Part shown: positions 1 through 13,178 of the stretch, one piece after another
How the letters are laid out: each line of letters opens with the position of its first letter
Numbering within the stretch: the stretch's first letter is position 1
Assembly: GCF_006345805.1 (NCBI RefSeq)
Contig: NC_043016.1
Span: 14,136,001-14,200,000 of the forward strand
DNA length: 64,000 nt
Direction of reading: 5' to 3'
DNA from: Octopus sinensis
Taxonomy: Eukaryota
Made by a program: the position numbers and the translations under genes
The notes under the pieces: model-generated
The model's database searches: none
The model's input: the letters and a program-made list of their open reading frames with translations, nothing else
Told to the model about the DNA's origin: nothing

Positions 1-154
1 TTTGTCTATTAATTGCAGCAATAATCCTAGTTAATCAAAGCTTTTCAACTCACAGTAATACATGTGTTAAACCTTATTTGTATTTGTATTTAGTATTGAG
101 AATACTCGCTTAGGGTATTTCCCTTCAGTCATATTATTAATGTTCTAATCAGCA

Positions 155-475
155 TCATCATCATCATCATCATCATTTAGCGTCCGCTTTCCATGCTAGC
201 ATGGGTTGGACGGTTCAACTGGGATCTGGGAAGCCAGGAGGCTGCACGAGGCCCAGTCTGATCTGGCAGTGTTTCTACAGCTGGATGCCCTTCCTAACGC
301 CAACCACTCCGTGAGTGTAGTGGGTGCTTTTTACGTGCCACCCACACAGGTGCCAGACGGAGCTGGCAAACGGCCACAGACAGATGGTGCTTTTTACATG
401 CCACCGGCACGGGGTCAGGCGAGGCTGGCAACGGCCACGAACGGATGGTGCTTTTTACATGCCACCGGCACAAGG
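155..475 (-). mobile_element. 5'-truncated RTE 3'-UTR copy with (CAT)n tail (most abundant repeat in the window)
   Basis: further copies at about 6105-6790, 9432-9750, 10270-10578, 15932-16045, 16540-16712, 17925-18150, 18545-18953, 26588-26945, 27505-27795, 37185-37640, 42093-42290, 55233-55365. Confidence 0.8.
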
Positions 476-749
476 CATTACTATATTATCTCCATTTTCA
501 AATACTGATTACTCTAAATCTTCTCAACCGAGATGAATATGCTGCACTGAGAATGTCTCAGAATACCATATAGTATTTTCATTGATTGCACCTGTAGATT
601 CCTTCACATTCCTTTTTTTCTTTTTTCAAAAAAATTCATTTTTTTTTATCTTGTTACACATCCAATTTCACTTCTTTCACCTGGTGACAATATAACATTT
701 ACACACATTTACACACCTGAGAGACCTTACTGTATTTGCTTGTATTCAG

Positions 750-853
750 ATTGATAACTGGTGGCCAAGATGGAAATGTTAAAATATGGAACTACAATAG
801 TGGGCTTTGTTTAAAAGAACTTACCAAGAAGAAAAAGGAAGAACTTATTGATG
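750..853 (+). CDS. WD40-repeat protein (WDR49/CFAP337/WDY-like), internal exon; gene starts upstream of the window
   Basis: ttcag acceptor 747-749, GT donor 854; reads LITGGQDGNVKIWNYNSGLCLKELTKKKKEELID, a WD40 repeat end; phase 2 in, phase 1 out. Confidence 0.85.
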
Positions 854-1382
854 GTATTTATATTTGCTTTTTGTTTTTGCAGAAAATCTATTGTATAGTT
901 CTTTCTGAAGTATAGTTAAGTCTTTCTGCTATTAGAATGTGTGTGATAACATTGATTCACATTTGTAGCAACGTGGAAGTTGAAATATAAATTGACAAAT
1001 TTAAGCTGTAGAATTGCTGTAGGAAAATATTAATGTTATAAATATTAATTGCTTAAGGTTCATATGTTCTTTTGAGATGTTATCCTTAATGATCTAAGTT
1101 CCATTTATCTAATTCCCATATCTCTAATCCTTCTAAAATCTTACATTAATGTGTAGACTGTGTCTTGCTGATGGAATAGAATAAAATTAAAACATGTTCG
1201 GATTTCTAAATGAAGTACCAAAAGCCAAACTCAATCTCTACTGCATTTTATAGTTAATTTAAAATATAGGTTGTCCCTTCTGCTTTTTATGACCAGAATC
1301 ACTCATTAAGATAATAATTGTTTCATATGACAAATAATCACTTTATATATATATTGTTGAGTAGTATATCCCTGGTATATAA

Positions 1383-1618
1383 GGCGGCGAGCTAGCAGAA
1401 GCATTAGCACACCGAGCAAAATGCTTTGCAGTACTTCGTCTGCTGTTACATTGTGAGTTCAAATTCCGCCGAGGTCAACTTTGCCTTTCATCCTTTCGGG
1501 GTCGATAAATTAAGTACCAGTTACGCACTGGGGTCGATGTAATCGACATAATACCTATGTCTGTCCTTGTTTGTCCCCTCTATGTTTAGCCCCTTGTGGG
1601 TAATAAAGAAATAGGTAT
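1383..1618 (+). mobile_element. tRNA-derived SINE with Deu/Nin-like central domain
   Basis: A/B-box-like head (GAGTTCAAATTCC) and core AACTTTGCCTTTCATCCTTTCGGGGTCGATAAA; other copies (-) at about 19125-19343, 19885-20095, 22740-22953, 23295-23485, 32785-32990, 56855-57072. Confidence 0.8.
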
Positions 1619-1844
1619 ATAACCAGTTACAAAATTACCATTGGTTTCACTTTTACTATTGCACTTGACAATATTGATGAATTAATGAGTATGCTGGCTG
1701 GAGGCACATAGCCTTAGTGGTGCAAAAAATGAAAAAATAAAAAACACCTTTTCTGAGAGGGAAAAAAAGCATTGCCTGCCATTATAGCTGAAGAGAGGCA
1801 GTTGTACCTGCATGTGTTTTTCTTCCGTTCTTTTGTCTTCAAAA

Positions 1845-2640
1845 GGAGAACACCTCATTTCCCAAAACGAATTTTCTGTCGTGAGAGCAGCAACTAAAAA
1901 TTTCGCTTTCTGAGTTCAAGAAGGCACCTGGACTGTGAAAACTTTTTAAGATTATGCTCCTCTCAGCTAAGCAAAGTTTGAACCTTCTGTTTTCCATTAG
2001 CTTCCAGTTAGTTTTGCATGGCTTCCCTTTTTTAATCATCATATATAGTTGGCTAATTACTTAATGTTGTGACCATCTTGATCCTAAAAGAGGACCTGTG
2101 ATATTTTATTCTAGCCTTAAACAAGTCTTTCATCACAGCAACATATTTCTGTGTATGCGTCCCTCCATTCCTACTGTTGTTGGGCACCACCACTTCTGCT
2201 TTGTAGAACATGGTCTCAGTGTTGCATTGACCATTCACTGGGCACTCATGGCTAACCCTACATGAGCATCTTGCCTTTGTGCAAGGCTTTGGGACATTCC
2301 CTAGTATCTTTTCAACATTAGTTATATAGCTAAACAAAACCCTTAAGTAATACTTTTGAATAATCTATATCTATAAGACTGTATGAAATGCTTATCTAAG
2401 GAAGACCCTTCCCATGCAAGTTTTCATATTGAGTGAGAAAAATGGGGAAAACCTGAAGACTTTATGGCAGCACTTTCTTTTGTGGGTGTTAGATCCATAT
2501 GAGTGATGGGTCCTTAAATCCACTGACCGCAAGAACCTTATTGTGAGTGTTGGGGTGCACCTTGTCAGAAATGTCTTTATTTAAGGATAGGTTCAAAATC
2601 CACTTACTAACACCCTTTATGACACTTGAGGAATTTTAAG
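1845..2640 (-). mobile_element. Penelope-like retroelement remnant (RT thumb, Cys-rich linker, GIY-YIG endonuclease)
   Basis: PHFSLNMKTCMGRVFLDKHF.., CSCRVSHECPVNGQCNTETMFYKA..KYVAVMKDLFKARIKYHRSSFR, ..KLCLAE..LNSESEIFSCCSHDRKFVL; frameshifted. Confidence 0.75.
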
Positions 2641-2908
2641 AAAATGTTCTACTTAAACAAATACTAAAGCTGCATTATAAAAATTATAATCACTGCTATG
2701 ACTTATTTATTTGTGTAATACGTTTTCTTTTTAAAAGTTTTCTAACTTTAAATGCCTTTTTCTTTTCCATCTCAAATTAATGTTAAGCAAAATATATTTT
2801 TTCCTTTCTTATGTTATTGTTGTCGTCGTCGGCACCGCCGCTGTTATTGTTGTTCATTTATTTTTTTATTTTATTTATTATTTTTTTTTAATAACATGAT
2901 TTTCTCAG

Positions 2909-2966
2909 AATGTGACCCAGCTGAAATTTGTGACCTGATTTATATAGAAATGAATCGTCGAAGCAA
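2909..2966 (+). CDS. WD40 gene small exon (58 bp)
   Basis: ttctcag acceptor, GTAAGT donor at 2967; (E)CDPAEICDLIYIEMNRRS(K); phase 1 to 2 joins both neighbouring exons in frame. Confidence 0.85.
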
Positions 2967-3060
2967 GTAAGTTAAGCAGATTGTGATTGAGAAGGAACTA
3001 GATGACTTTTGTTATGGAGTTGAGCATGAAATATCTGGCCAAATCGGATAAATTAATGTA

Positions 3061-3277
3061 CGAGAGGGTGTTGAAAAATTCCTGGCTTTAAGGGTGTCGC
3101 GAAAGACCTTGTTGGAGACCCAACCTTCCAAGTTCTTTTAAAGGGCATAGAAATACTGAAGGTCCAACGCCATACGTGCATGAATCTGGGAGGGAAATAT
3201 GTTGGATAAAATCATAATTAATTGATCCTCCTGTATTTTCTTTTACCCAAAGCCAGAAACTTTTTATCACACCCTCA
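3061..3277 (+). mobile_element. Mariner-derived MITE
   Basis: about 30-bp imperfect TIRs, TA on both sides, internal remnant GIEILKVQRHTCMNLGGKYVG* of a transposase C-terminus. Confidence 0.65.
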
Positions 3278-3757
3278 TAGCTTTTTTAATTCTAGATAAA
3301 CATGTTTCCGTACCTACCCTTACAACTTTTACCTACCACTACAAGTTCTACAAGAATACCATTCTAATATACAAAAGTTGCCCCCTGGACAATTTCTTTT
3401 ACCTCCTAAACTGCAGCCAATCATTTTGGATCCTTGTTAAAAGGGTCTCCACCAAATTTGTGTAATTTTCCTACTGACCAATCCTTAACCATGATGGCTC
3501 CATAAACATGGATGTTCTCCCCTACGAACAGAACATTCATGTTTGCCTGGTTTGCATCTAATTCTGTACTCTTATGTACATATACATACCATGTGCAAAG
3601 CACCTCAAACCACTTCAAAAACTAATAAAACAATCAACCCTGACAGTATTTCATCCAATATCTTTAAAGTCCAGATCCAGTTCCTCTCCTCACCCTTCAA
3701 TCAATCTTTCTCCCCCTCTCTCCCTTTATTTTAACATTTCAAAACAAAAAGGCGTAG

Positions 3758-4130
3758 AAGTGGCTGTGTGGTAAGTAGCTTGCTTACCAACCACATGGTT
3801 CTGGGCATGGCACCTTGCACGAGTGTCTTCTACTATAGCCTCAGGCTAACCAAAGCCTTGTGAGTTGATTTGGTAGACAGAAACAGAAACAAGCCCGCCA
3901 TATATATGTATATATATATGTTTGTGTTTGTCCTCCCCCACCCCCCAACATCGCCTGATAACCGATGCTGGTGTGTTTACGTCCCCGTAACTTAGCGGTT
4001 CGGCAAAAGAGACCGATAGAACAAGCACTAGGCTTACAAAGAATAAGTCATGAGGTCGATTTACTCAACTAAAGGCAGTGCTCCAGCATGGCCACAGTCA
4101 AATGACTGAAACAAGTAAAAGAGTAGAGTA
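3758..4130 (+). mobile_element. tRNA-derived SINE family 2
   Basis: GTGGCTGTGTGGTAAG head; copies at about 14105-14495 (+), 25225-25455 (-), 33050-33445 (-). Confidence 0.75.
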
Positions 4131-5091
4131 TCCCATTTCCAAGAAGCTGCACTCTCTCCAACATTCCCCCTCTTTCTCATTTACACACACACCATCACTA
4201 CAGCGAGTATGGCTTCCACAAAAGCCAAATATACCAAAGATTTACTCTTCTATGTTATGCAATACTGGTCTTTAAGAAAATTGGTCTAGGTTAGTATCTT
4301 TTTGGAATCCTCTAACCATTAATCTCCAAGAACTTGAATAGAACTTTAACTTTGCCTGTTTTTTTTTTCCCCTAACAATTTATCCCCACACAGCAATAAC
4401 TATATCAACCAATCCACCTTAAATAAATGTTGATTGGCTGGTTTACCCAGCCACACTTTATATTGTATAGAGAGAGAAGAAGAGAGTTGAAGTGAAAGAG
4501 AGATACAGAGATAGTTAACTTAAGCGATGCAGAATAAATGTACATACTAGGCTTGATGATAGGTGGAGAAGGAGGAAGAGGAGAGGGAAGAAGAAGAGAG
4601 GAAGTAAATGCCAGAGTAATTATCAATTACTTGTAGGGATATCATATTTTGATATGCAATCATAATATACTACAAGCATATTAAAGGCTAACGAGTCCAA
4701 TACTATGTCCCACCTGTGTTAGCAGTGCAATTCAGTTACTTTTTAAAGTTATCTCTTCAGATTTTTCTACAGAAATTAGAGCCTGCACTGATTTTGTTAC
4801 AATGTTTCATATCCGAAAATGTCTAATGTAAACAACAATGCAATCAAAGATGGAAAAAAAAGATAATAGATGTATATACACATTTTTGGAGTTATTGCTC
4901 TTTCTTCAGTACCACATCCAACCCATTAAACATCCACTAACTCATTGCTTATATTAGTTGTATTCAGATACTAAACATTGTAACAAATCAGTGCTGGCTA
5001 TAACTTGAAAAGAAAACCTTAACAAGTGTAATTATGGAAAAACTTAATGAAAAATTTTGTTTTAATTTATCTTATTTTAAGTAAATACTTT

Positions 5092-5741
5092 TTAGAAAAT
5101 TACTATTTTTAAATCTCACAACATGAGATATTCACCAACAGTACTTTGTAGTAAAGATTGTTTGCCAACACAACATGGGAGTCCTGGTTTAGGACGAATG
5201 TTGCTGTAATTTAGCCCCAGGAGACATCGTCTCCAGCTAGCTACATGACATGATCTGTGTCCTTATATTTTCAAACAAGGGAATCTAGCACCCCCACTCA
5301 ACTCAAAGCAATATCGGTGTATTGCGATTTCTTGATGTTCTAAACCAGGACTGCCATGTTATGTTGGCAAATAATCTTTACTCCAAAGTACTGTTGCTGA
5401 ATATCTCATGCTGTGAGATTTAAAAATAATAATTTTCTAACTTATAAATCAGTGACTAGTTGTCACTTTGAAAACTATATATTTCAAACAGGAATTTGGC
5501 AGCACCAATTCTAGCCAAACAATTATTCTGTGCTGATGAAGGGAAATAACCTGGAAATCATGATACACAGATATTGTTTTGAGCTGGGTTGGGGCGCTAG
5601 ATTCCCTTGTTTGAAAATATAAGGACACAAATCGTGTCGTATAGCCAGCTGGAGTCGATGTCTCCTGGGGCTAAATTACAGCAACATTCATCCTAAACCA
5701 GGACTGCCATGTTATGTTGGCAAATAATCTTTACTACTAAA
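5092..5741. mobile_element. Hammerhead-containing fold-back element A (PLE pLTR/retrozyme-like)
   Basis: 5092-5331 is the reverse complement of 5554-5741 plus 5340-5440; identical 43-nt direct repeat at 5340-5382 and 5693-5735; HHR at 5527-5571. Confidence 0.7.
5527..5571 (+). ncRNA. Minimal type-I hammerhead ribozyme
   Basis: stem I TCTGTG/CACAGA, core CTGATGA 5533-5539, stem II A-GGG-aaataa-CCT-G, GAAA 5554-5557, palindromic stem III ATCATGAT, cleavage triplet AUA (cut after 5565). Confidence 0.75.
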
Positions 5742-6889
5742 TATTTTTTGTTTGAAAATTAGTATTCATTTCATCATCCTGTATAAGCAGCAATGGATTT
5801 GATAAAATTTGAATCATAATTATTGCCTGTTATGTCATATTCCATAATAGTAACCATAGGGACAAAAGTATACTTATAAAGTCACCCATCATATGATGGG
5901 TAACATTCTTCTCTACTTAATAAAAGCTGATTCACTTGTTAGTTGTTTGGCTGGTTAATTGCTCCCTCCTACCACACGTTACATCATATAGAGAGAGAAT
6001 GAGTGATGCTGAAAAGAATTTATTTTTCCAGCAAAAGAACACCTTATTAAACTTTAATGTTATTTCCTAAAATAATGCAATGAGAGCTGAATGTCACATT
6101 GAATCATCATCATCATTATCATCATCATCATCATTATCATCATCATCATCATCATTATCATCATTTAATGTCTGTGTTCCATGCTAGCATGGCTGAGATT
6201 GTTTGACAAGAGCCGGCTAGGCCGAAGCCTGCACCAGGCTTCTGTGATTGTTTTGGCAGGAATTTTACAGCTGGATGCCCTTCCTAACACCAACCACACA
6301 GCAGAGTGGACTTAGTGCTATTTACATGGCACAAGCACAGGTGAGGTCAGTTTTGGTATGGTTTTCACAGCTGGATGTCCTTCCAAATGCCACCCACTTT
6401 ACAGTGTGGACTGGATGCTTTATATGTGGCACCATCACTGGCAGGGTCACCATGTAACTTGCAAGACATTAAAAAAACAACTTTCAAGGAGGGAGGAGGC
6501 AATGGTGGAGGTGATAATGAAAGGGTTATAGTGAGACAGAAACAGGTGTCTTGCTGTAGAGGAAGTACAAGGTTACCTGGCTGAAGAGAGAAAGATCAGG
6601 AATGAAGACAGAAAATACACGATTGCTCAACCTGAGGTAAGTGCAGGAGAGAGAGAGAGAGAGAGTGGGAGACCACGGGATAGAGACAGTGGCAAAATGC
6701 CGGGCATACTCACTAGGGATAGGGATCAGAGTATAAATGAGATGGTTGAGTAAAGGAAGAGAGAGATATAGATGGTGGCAAGTGATGTTTTATTGAAATT
6801 AGTTCAGTTGTTTTGATTCTTTTGAGTTCAATCAGTTTATTAGTTAAACTTTAGTGTAAAATCTTTTCATATCTAATTCTTTTATGAAG

Positions 6890-6998
6890 ATATGTTGTCG
6901 CAGTTGGTTGGGACCAAAGAATAAATATATATGAAGATAACTTTGATTCTACTGTCCACTTTGTGCATCATCCATCAAAGAATTGGGAAGAAGACCTT
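6890..6998 (+). CDS. WD40 gene exon
   Basis: aag acceptor, GTAAGA donor at 6999; YVVAVGWDQRINIYEDNFDSTVHFVHHPSKNWEEDL; phase 2 to 0. Confidence 0.85.
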
Positions 6999-8524
6999 GT
7001 AAGATATTTATTATATTCATATTATCTACATAATTCTGTTTAATACACAATATATGACATGGTGATCACTCATTCAATCTTACCTGTTAAATGAATATTA
7101 TTGTCTTAGATTTTATGCCTATAGATACCTGAGAGAGGCAATATTAATAAACTAAATGTATAACTTCTCATTTATTTTCTATATATCACTGGATGATAGA
7201 CTTCTACTAGTTTAAATTGCATTTTTATTCAATGTAGTTAAACATCACATATTTTCTGTCAAACATTTGTGAAGTGTAACTTGAAATGAGACAGTATCTC
7301 ACACAGCAGGTGGTAACAATTTTCATTTATAAAACAAGGTTTGATTAAAACATACTGTGAAAGATGCATTATACATATTCTCCTCAAATAAATTTCTTGA
7401 TTTACATGTGTACAAACACAAAAAAGAAAATTGCTGCTGAGGTAAAAGTAACAGAAATCAATATACATGACCTGTTGGAATAGAGATACAGCAAATTAAT
7501 GCCTCACTCAACTGAAACGGGCATTGTATTAAGTACCATGGAAACAAGAGTAGAATGACTGGTTCTACTCTGTTTAAACTCTTTATGAAGAGAGGGGAAG
7601 TAAACAGTTTGCTTTGGCTGTATTCTGTTCTACCAAAGGAAAAGAGAGAGAGAGAGATAACGTTGTGTTCCACTTTATATAACCAGTGTACGATTGAGAA
7701 CTACTGCTTCCTCTCTGGTCACACAAATGGGTGAAAAATAGTGAATAACTAAAACTTGGTTGATATGAGAGTTGCTATATTAGTTGACTTTTAGATTGTT
7801 GAGAAAACAGCAATCAATTAGCATCAAACCAAAACAAGTGGTTGCAATGGAGCTGATCTAAGTTGCCAGGTGATTGGAACTTTGTTGGAGATCTGTACTT
7901 TTTTGAAACTTCATAGCAGATCTATGCTTTATCACTGAGCCAAGTCATCAACAATTGTGAAATGTACAGCCTTTGACATGATGCCAAGTGTCAGGAAACT
8001 TGGCTTCACCATGTTAAAATAGAATGCTGAGCTATTTGACCAGAAAATAGGTAGTTTTTAGCTTATAGAAGCAACAAAGTGATATGCTAATGTCCCTTGA
8101 GTTATCAATGGTGAATGTAGTATGCTAGAAAACAAGTTGAAACTATCATCTTGGATCTATTATTTCATTTGAATGTGTGTACAGGGTGTTTGGGCTAAAT
8201 TTCACAATTTTTTTGTGTCCCCTTTTTTTTTCAAGAAAAGTATGACATATGATGTCAGCAGCATTGGAGGGCATAAAAATTGAAGTTGTAACTGAGAAAA
8301 GATTAACAGACATAGAAGACTGGCAGCCATCTGAATATTGGAAAAGAGTTATTTGAAGTGTGATGATTCGCACTGGATATCAAAATGCCAACAACATGAC
8401 CGTTACTCAATGCTCTGTGAACACAGAAAGGTTGTAGGATGTGAACTAGACAACTGCAACAGAGACTACAAAAGCCATGGCTAGCAGGAAGAGACACAGC
8501 AGGCATTCTAGCTGCATCTGCATG

Positions 8525-9080
8525 GTGGAATTCATTCACACATTATTGAACAGGATCTTGGGCTCAGTTCAGACAGCTATGTGAAGCTGTTAGAGACCAT
8601 GGTTAAACCCTGGCTGGAGAGGTTTGCTGCTGGAAGTCCATGTGTGTAGTAGCAGAATTCGGTTCCTTGTTATACCTCCAGAAAGTGTCAGAAGTGGTTT
8701 GAGAATTTCTACGACTTCACTGGTCCCAGTTTCTAATCTCCTAATTGCCCTGATTGTAATCTGACGGATTACTATGTATGGGGCTTGATTGAGAAAGACA
8801 TCAGTCATTCTGTCAGCAATACCAAGTCCAAGCTGGCGGCCAAGATGAAGGAATTTTTTTGAAGACCTTCCCAAGGATGCAGTGAGGAATACATCTGCCA
8901 GGTTTGGGAACCATCTTGAGACCATGGTGGAAGCTGAGGGCAGCTATTTAAGTAAACTGTTCCTAGCCATAATTTAATTTGATATTTTTTGATTTTTTAA
9001 AAATATTTTTATTTTTGGAAGAAATATTGTGTTTTCTTTTCCTTTTGTGCAAACTGTCAAATTTAGAATTGAACATTGTA
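8525..9080 (+). mobile_element. Tc1/mariner (maT, DD37D-like) transposase 3' fragment
   Basis: decayed QNSVPCYTS..SPNCPDCNLTDYYVWG..MVEAEGSY. Confidence 0.6.
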
Positions 9081-9126
9081 TCGTGTGTGCATATGCCCTG
9101 CATTAATTATTTCAATCTTTCAACAG

Positions 9127-9289
9127 AAAAATGGCCATACTGAAGAGATTCTCTGCATTGCTCAGTCTGCTTCCCATATGTTAGCCACAGCAAGTTATGA
9201 TGGGGAAATCATCGTCTGGAAGCTTATGTCTGGTCACATATTTTGTCACCTCAGAGCTCCAATGCCGTTTGAATATCAAAATGTTTCAA
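9127..9289 (+). CDS. WD40 gene exon
   Basis: caacag acceptor, GTAAAA donor at 9290; KNGHTEEILCIAQSASHMLATASYDGEIIVWKLMSGHIFCHL, a GH..WK WD40 repeat; phase 0 to 1. Confidence 0.9.
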
Positions 9290-11005
9290 GTAAAACTTAT
9301 TCTCTTTTAGATCTAAATCTGATTTCTATAAATCTTTGATAAATGCATATGTACATAGACACATATATACATAACTACATATATACATACATACTTACAT
9401 ATGTAAGTACCTACATACATATACGTATCAGTTCATCATCATCATTGTTTAAAGTCTGTTTTCCATGCTGGCATGAGTTGGACGGTTTGACTGAGGACTG
9501 GCAATCCAGAAGGCTGCACCAGGCTCCAATCTGATCTGGCAAGGTTTCTACAGCTGGATGCCCTTCCTAATGCCAACCATTCCAAGAGTGTAGTGGGCGC
9601 TTTTTATGTGCCACCGGCATAGGGGCTAGAGGAGGCTGGCAAACGGCCACAATCAGTTGGTGCTTTTTACATGTCACTGACACAGACGCCAGTCAGGCGG
9701 CGCTGGCATCAGCCATGTTCAGATGGTGCTTTTCACATGCCACCGGCAATATATATATTAGTGCTTTTCTTTTTCTCCTTTTTTTCCTCGTTTTGTTTAT
9801 CTCAGAAGAAAAGTTGAGTGAGTACTTGAAATGATGTAAAATATACTTCCCTCTTTTCATCCTTACCCATTTCCTGAGCTTCAGCCCAATACATTTCGTG
9901 TTTGTTTGTTTTTTTTAACCTTATCTTTGTGCTATATTTTTTGGTACATATATATATCACATGGTCAACCAGACTATCACATGATGTTATACATCGCTGG
10001 TCACAATGCACTTTGCATTGTTTTACCCTTCGAATAACATCATCTCGCTTGGCTAGGTAGAAGGCCATCATTCCCAGCTGATCGAAAGGTGCAACTTGAA
10101 ATGAAGTGTTTTGCTCAAGAACACAACATGCTGCCCAGTCTGAAAACCGAACTCATGATCTAGCAATTGCAAGTGCAACATCCTAACCACTAGGTCACAT
10201 GCCTTCACACATACAAATTGTAAAAGCACACAAACACACACACACAAATACATACATAGACATCATGAAGATATATATATGTGCCGGTGGCACATAAAAA
10301 GCACCATCTGAACGTGGCTTCCGTGCCGCTGGCACGTTAAAAGCTCCAACCGATCGTGGTCGATGCCGGACCCCCCTGGCACCTGTGCAGGTGGCACGTA
10401 AAATGCACCCACTACACTCACAGAGTGGTTGGCGTTAGGAAGGGCATCCAGTCGTAGAAACTCTGCCAGATCAGACTGGAGCCTGGAGCAGCCCCTGGCT
10501 TCTCAGACCCCGGTCGAACCGTCCAACCCGTGCTAGCGCGGAAAACGGACGTTAAACGATGATGATGATGATGATGATATATGTATATATCTGAAAGTTT
10601 GTATAATGTTAAATTACATGAAAAAAAATGGTATTAATCAATCTCTCAGATCACAACACAATGAGGATTTTATAAAAACATTGTTTGTACCACAACTTAC
10701 CATTCTTAGTCAAGTGGAACTTCAGTTTCTAAAAGCACAAATTTTTGTTCTTACGTATTTCCGGAAGAAGTATTAACATATTGCCGGTTATTAGCCAAAA
10801 TATTGGTGACATGCCTCACACTGTTTCTTAATTCATGAGTTCAACCTTTGTTGAAATGTAAGAAAGAAAAAATCTGGAGCTTGATATATTAAGCTTTCTA
10901 ATTTGAAATGGATTTCCTGATTCATGTAATTAAATAAAATTTCCTAACTATTTTTTTAGTTCTAACTTTTTATCTATTATTCATTATTCACATTTTTATT
11001 CACAG

Positions 11006-11157
11006 TTGATGGTGACCTGAGTATAAAAAAACTTTTGTTTATTGACTACAAACCATCCAATCCATGTAAAGCACAACTGATCTCTAATGGACCCTATTCT
11101 TGTATACATTTTTGGAACATTTTCAATGATGGCCAGCTTCTGGCACAGTTCTCTGCT
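11006..11157 (+). CDS. WD40 gene exon
   Basis: cacag acceptor, GTAAGT donor at 11158; DGDLSIKKLLFIDYKPSNPCKAQLISNGPYSCIHFWNIFNDGQLLAQFSA; phase 1 to 0. Confidence 0.85.
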
Positions 11158-12600
11158 GTAAGTTTGAAATTCATTATTTACATTTCAAATATCAATATTT
11201 GGTTATCATGAAACTCTGCTTTTGCAATTTGTTTAATTATCCAGATGAACACATTCCTGTCACTTATTTATATACATCAAGGTCTCTAAACATTTAAAGC
11301 CATTACTTGGAAGTAGAATGTTAATTATTAAAGAATTTCTCATGAAGCAGTGTACTTTTCCCAAATTCCAAATACAACATTGAAAGCTTACTACTTTGTA
11401 AATTTTTGTCTAAATATTGTTTCCATAATTAGAATGGAGTTCCTTCACAATTTTCCTAACATAAAGAGAAAGAACATTCAACCCATCATTCAATCCGTTT
11501 TCAAATTGCTTTCTCTCTTTGCTGCACTGTGTGGTTGTTTCTTTGAATGTTGCACCGTCGTATCACTTTATACACTTTGGATAATTATGAAATATTTCTA
11601 AAAATATTCAAAGAAATAATTGTTGGAAAAAAGCTAACTAGAAATTGATATGCAATGAGGTAAAAAAAAAAAAATAAATAAAAAAACTAGTTTTATCCAT
11701 GACTTTTTTTTTCCTTTTTCCAGTAAGTTTAAGTTTAAGAGACTGCTCTAAACATGTTGTGGCTTTAAGGAACTTATACTTTGATGAAGAGATGAGAATA
11801 AGACAAAAATGTGTCTGAAGTTGTCTTTCATACTCTATAAATGAAAAAATAGTATTAGTCAGTAACTAATATTATTTTCTTCTTGTTATCACATTTATTT
11901 ATTACTAATTGGGTTATAATGTTCCTTGTATTAAATTATCAATACCTCCATATTGTTTCCTTTGTGGTTGGCACTTCTGAAATATTTAACCTCAAATTTG
12001 TTTTGTATATAAAAAGAATTTGTTTAATTTCATCATTATTTCCCCAAAACAACTTCTTTTCTATTTCTCTCTCATTTAGGCAACTTGCTCAGACCAGTGT
12101 AACTCTTCAATGCTAAACATTCCAATTGAGCAATGAGGCATGAATGTCTAGCTTGGGTATTAATCATATTGGTCTTTTGCTAGGTGAAATCTCTCATCTG
12201 TGCATGCCATGACTACAGATGATAGCCTTAGTTTTCCAATTGCACTGGTTGATCCTGTCTGTTGCCAGCTTATTGTCTTTTCATCTGCTCAGCATCTTGT
12301 GATGTTCACCTTTGACTCAATAAGACTCATTTACCAAAATAGTTCACATCCACCATGCCGCATCCCATGATTTCAATGTACCCTGGCTCAGGTGGTTACA
12401 TGCTATTTAACCCATGGCTGGGACCCACACAAGTGCTTCTACTCCAGGTCACTGTAGACCTAGGAACAATAGTGGCTAAGCGGTGGTTCCACATTCTTCA
12501 AAACTCTGGAACTCTCAAACCAGAGTCATACTATTAGATGCAGTTTCAAGTAATACTCATTTACGACAATTTTTCTTTTTTCTTTTGGTATTTTATACAG

Positions 12601-12745
12601 TGTCAGAAAAAGGGAGCTATGGTCACCAGTATGGCATTGAATTCTTCAAATACAGTGTTATTTTCCACTGATACATTTGGTTTTATCTATGCCTGGGATA
12701 TTGATGGATATTGTGGAGTAAAGGCAGAAGAATATCCACCACCAT
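12601..12745 (+). CDS. WD40 gene exon
   Basis: atacag acceptor; CQKKGAMVTSMALNSSNTVLFSTDTFGFIYAWDIDGYCGVKAEEYPPP; donor GTTTGT at 12746 (phase 1), alternative GTATTT at 12750. Confidence 0.8.
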
Positions 12746-13178
12746 GTTTGTATTTGAAACATCTTATTAATAAAAACAAATTGTACCATTCATTTTAACT
12801 AAGATTTAATTTGGAAAAAAAGGTAGAAATGACAATACTTAGCTATTGCAAGAATTTGGGCCTAAGTACCAATTTGTAGATGACTTCTTCATTTCCTTCC
12901 ACTAATCTCAGAAGTCTGAAGATATTTTCCTATAAAAAAATTACTTTTGATGGCTGCTACCGAAAACTGAAGTGAATGCTGCTGCCATTTCTATATTTTC
13001 CTCAAAAGGGTTACTAGTATTTATGTTATCAAGCTTCAGAAGTTAAATTAATAATAATAGGATTCGACTCAAAATATCTCTTCTGAAATTTTGGGTAGCA
13101 GCTAGCAAAATTTGGATCTTCATATCATCTTTCATTATAAGTCAGTTGGTTTCATTTAATGAAAAAGGTTTTTTATGG

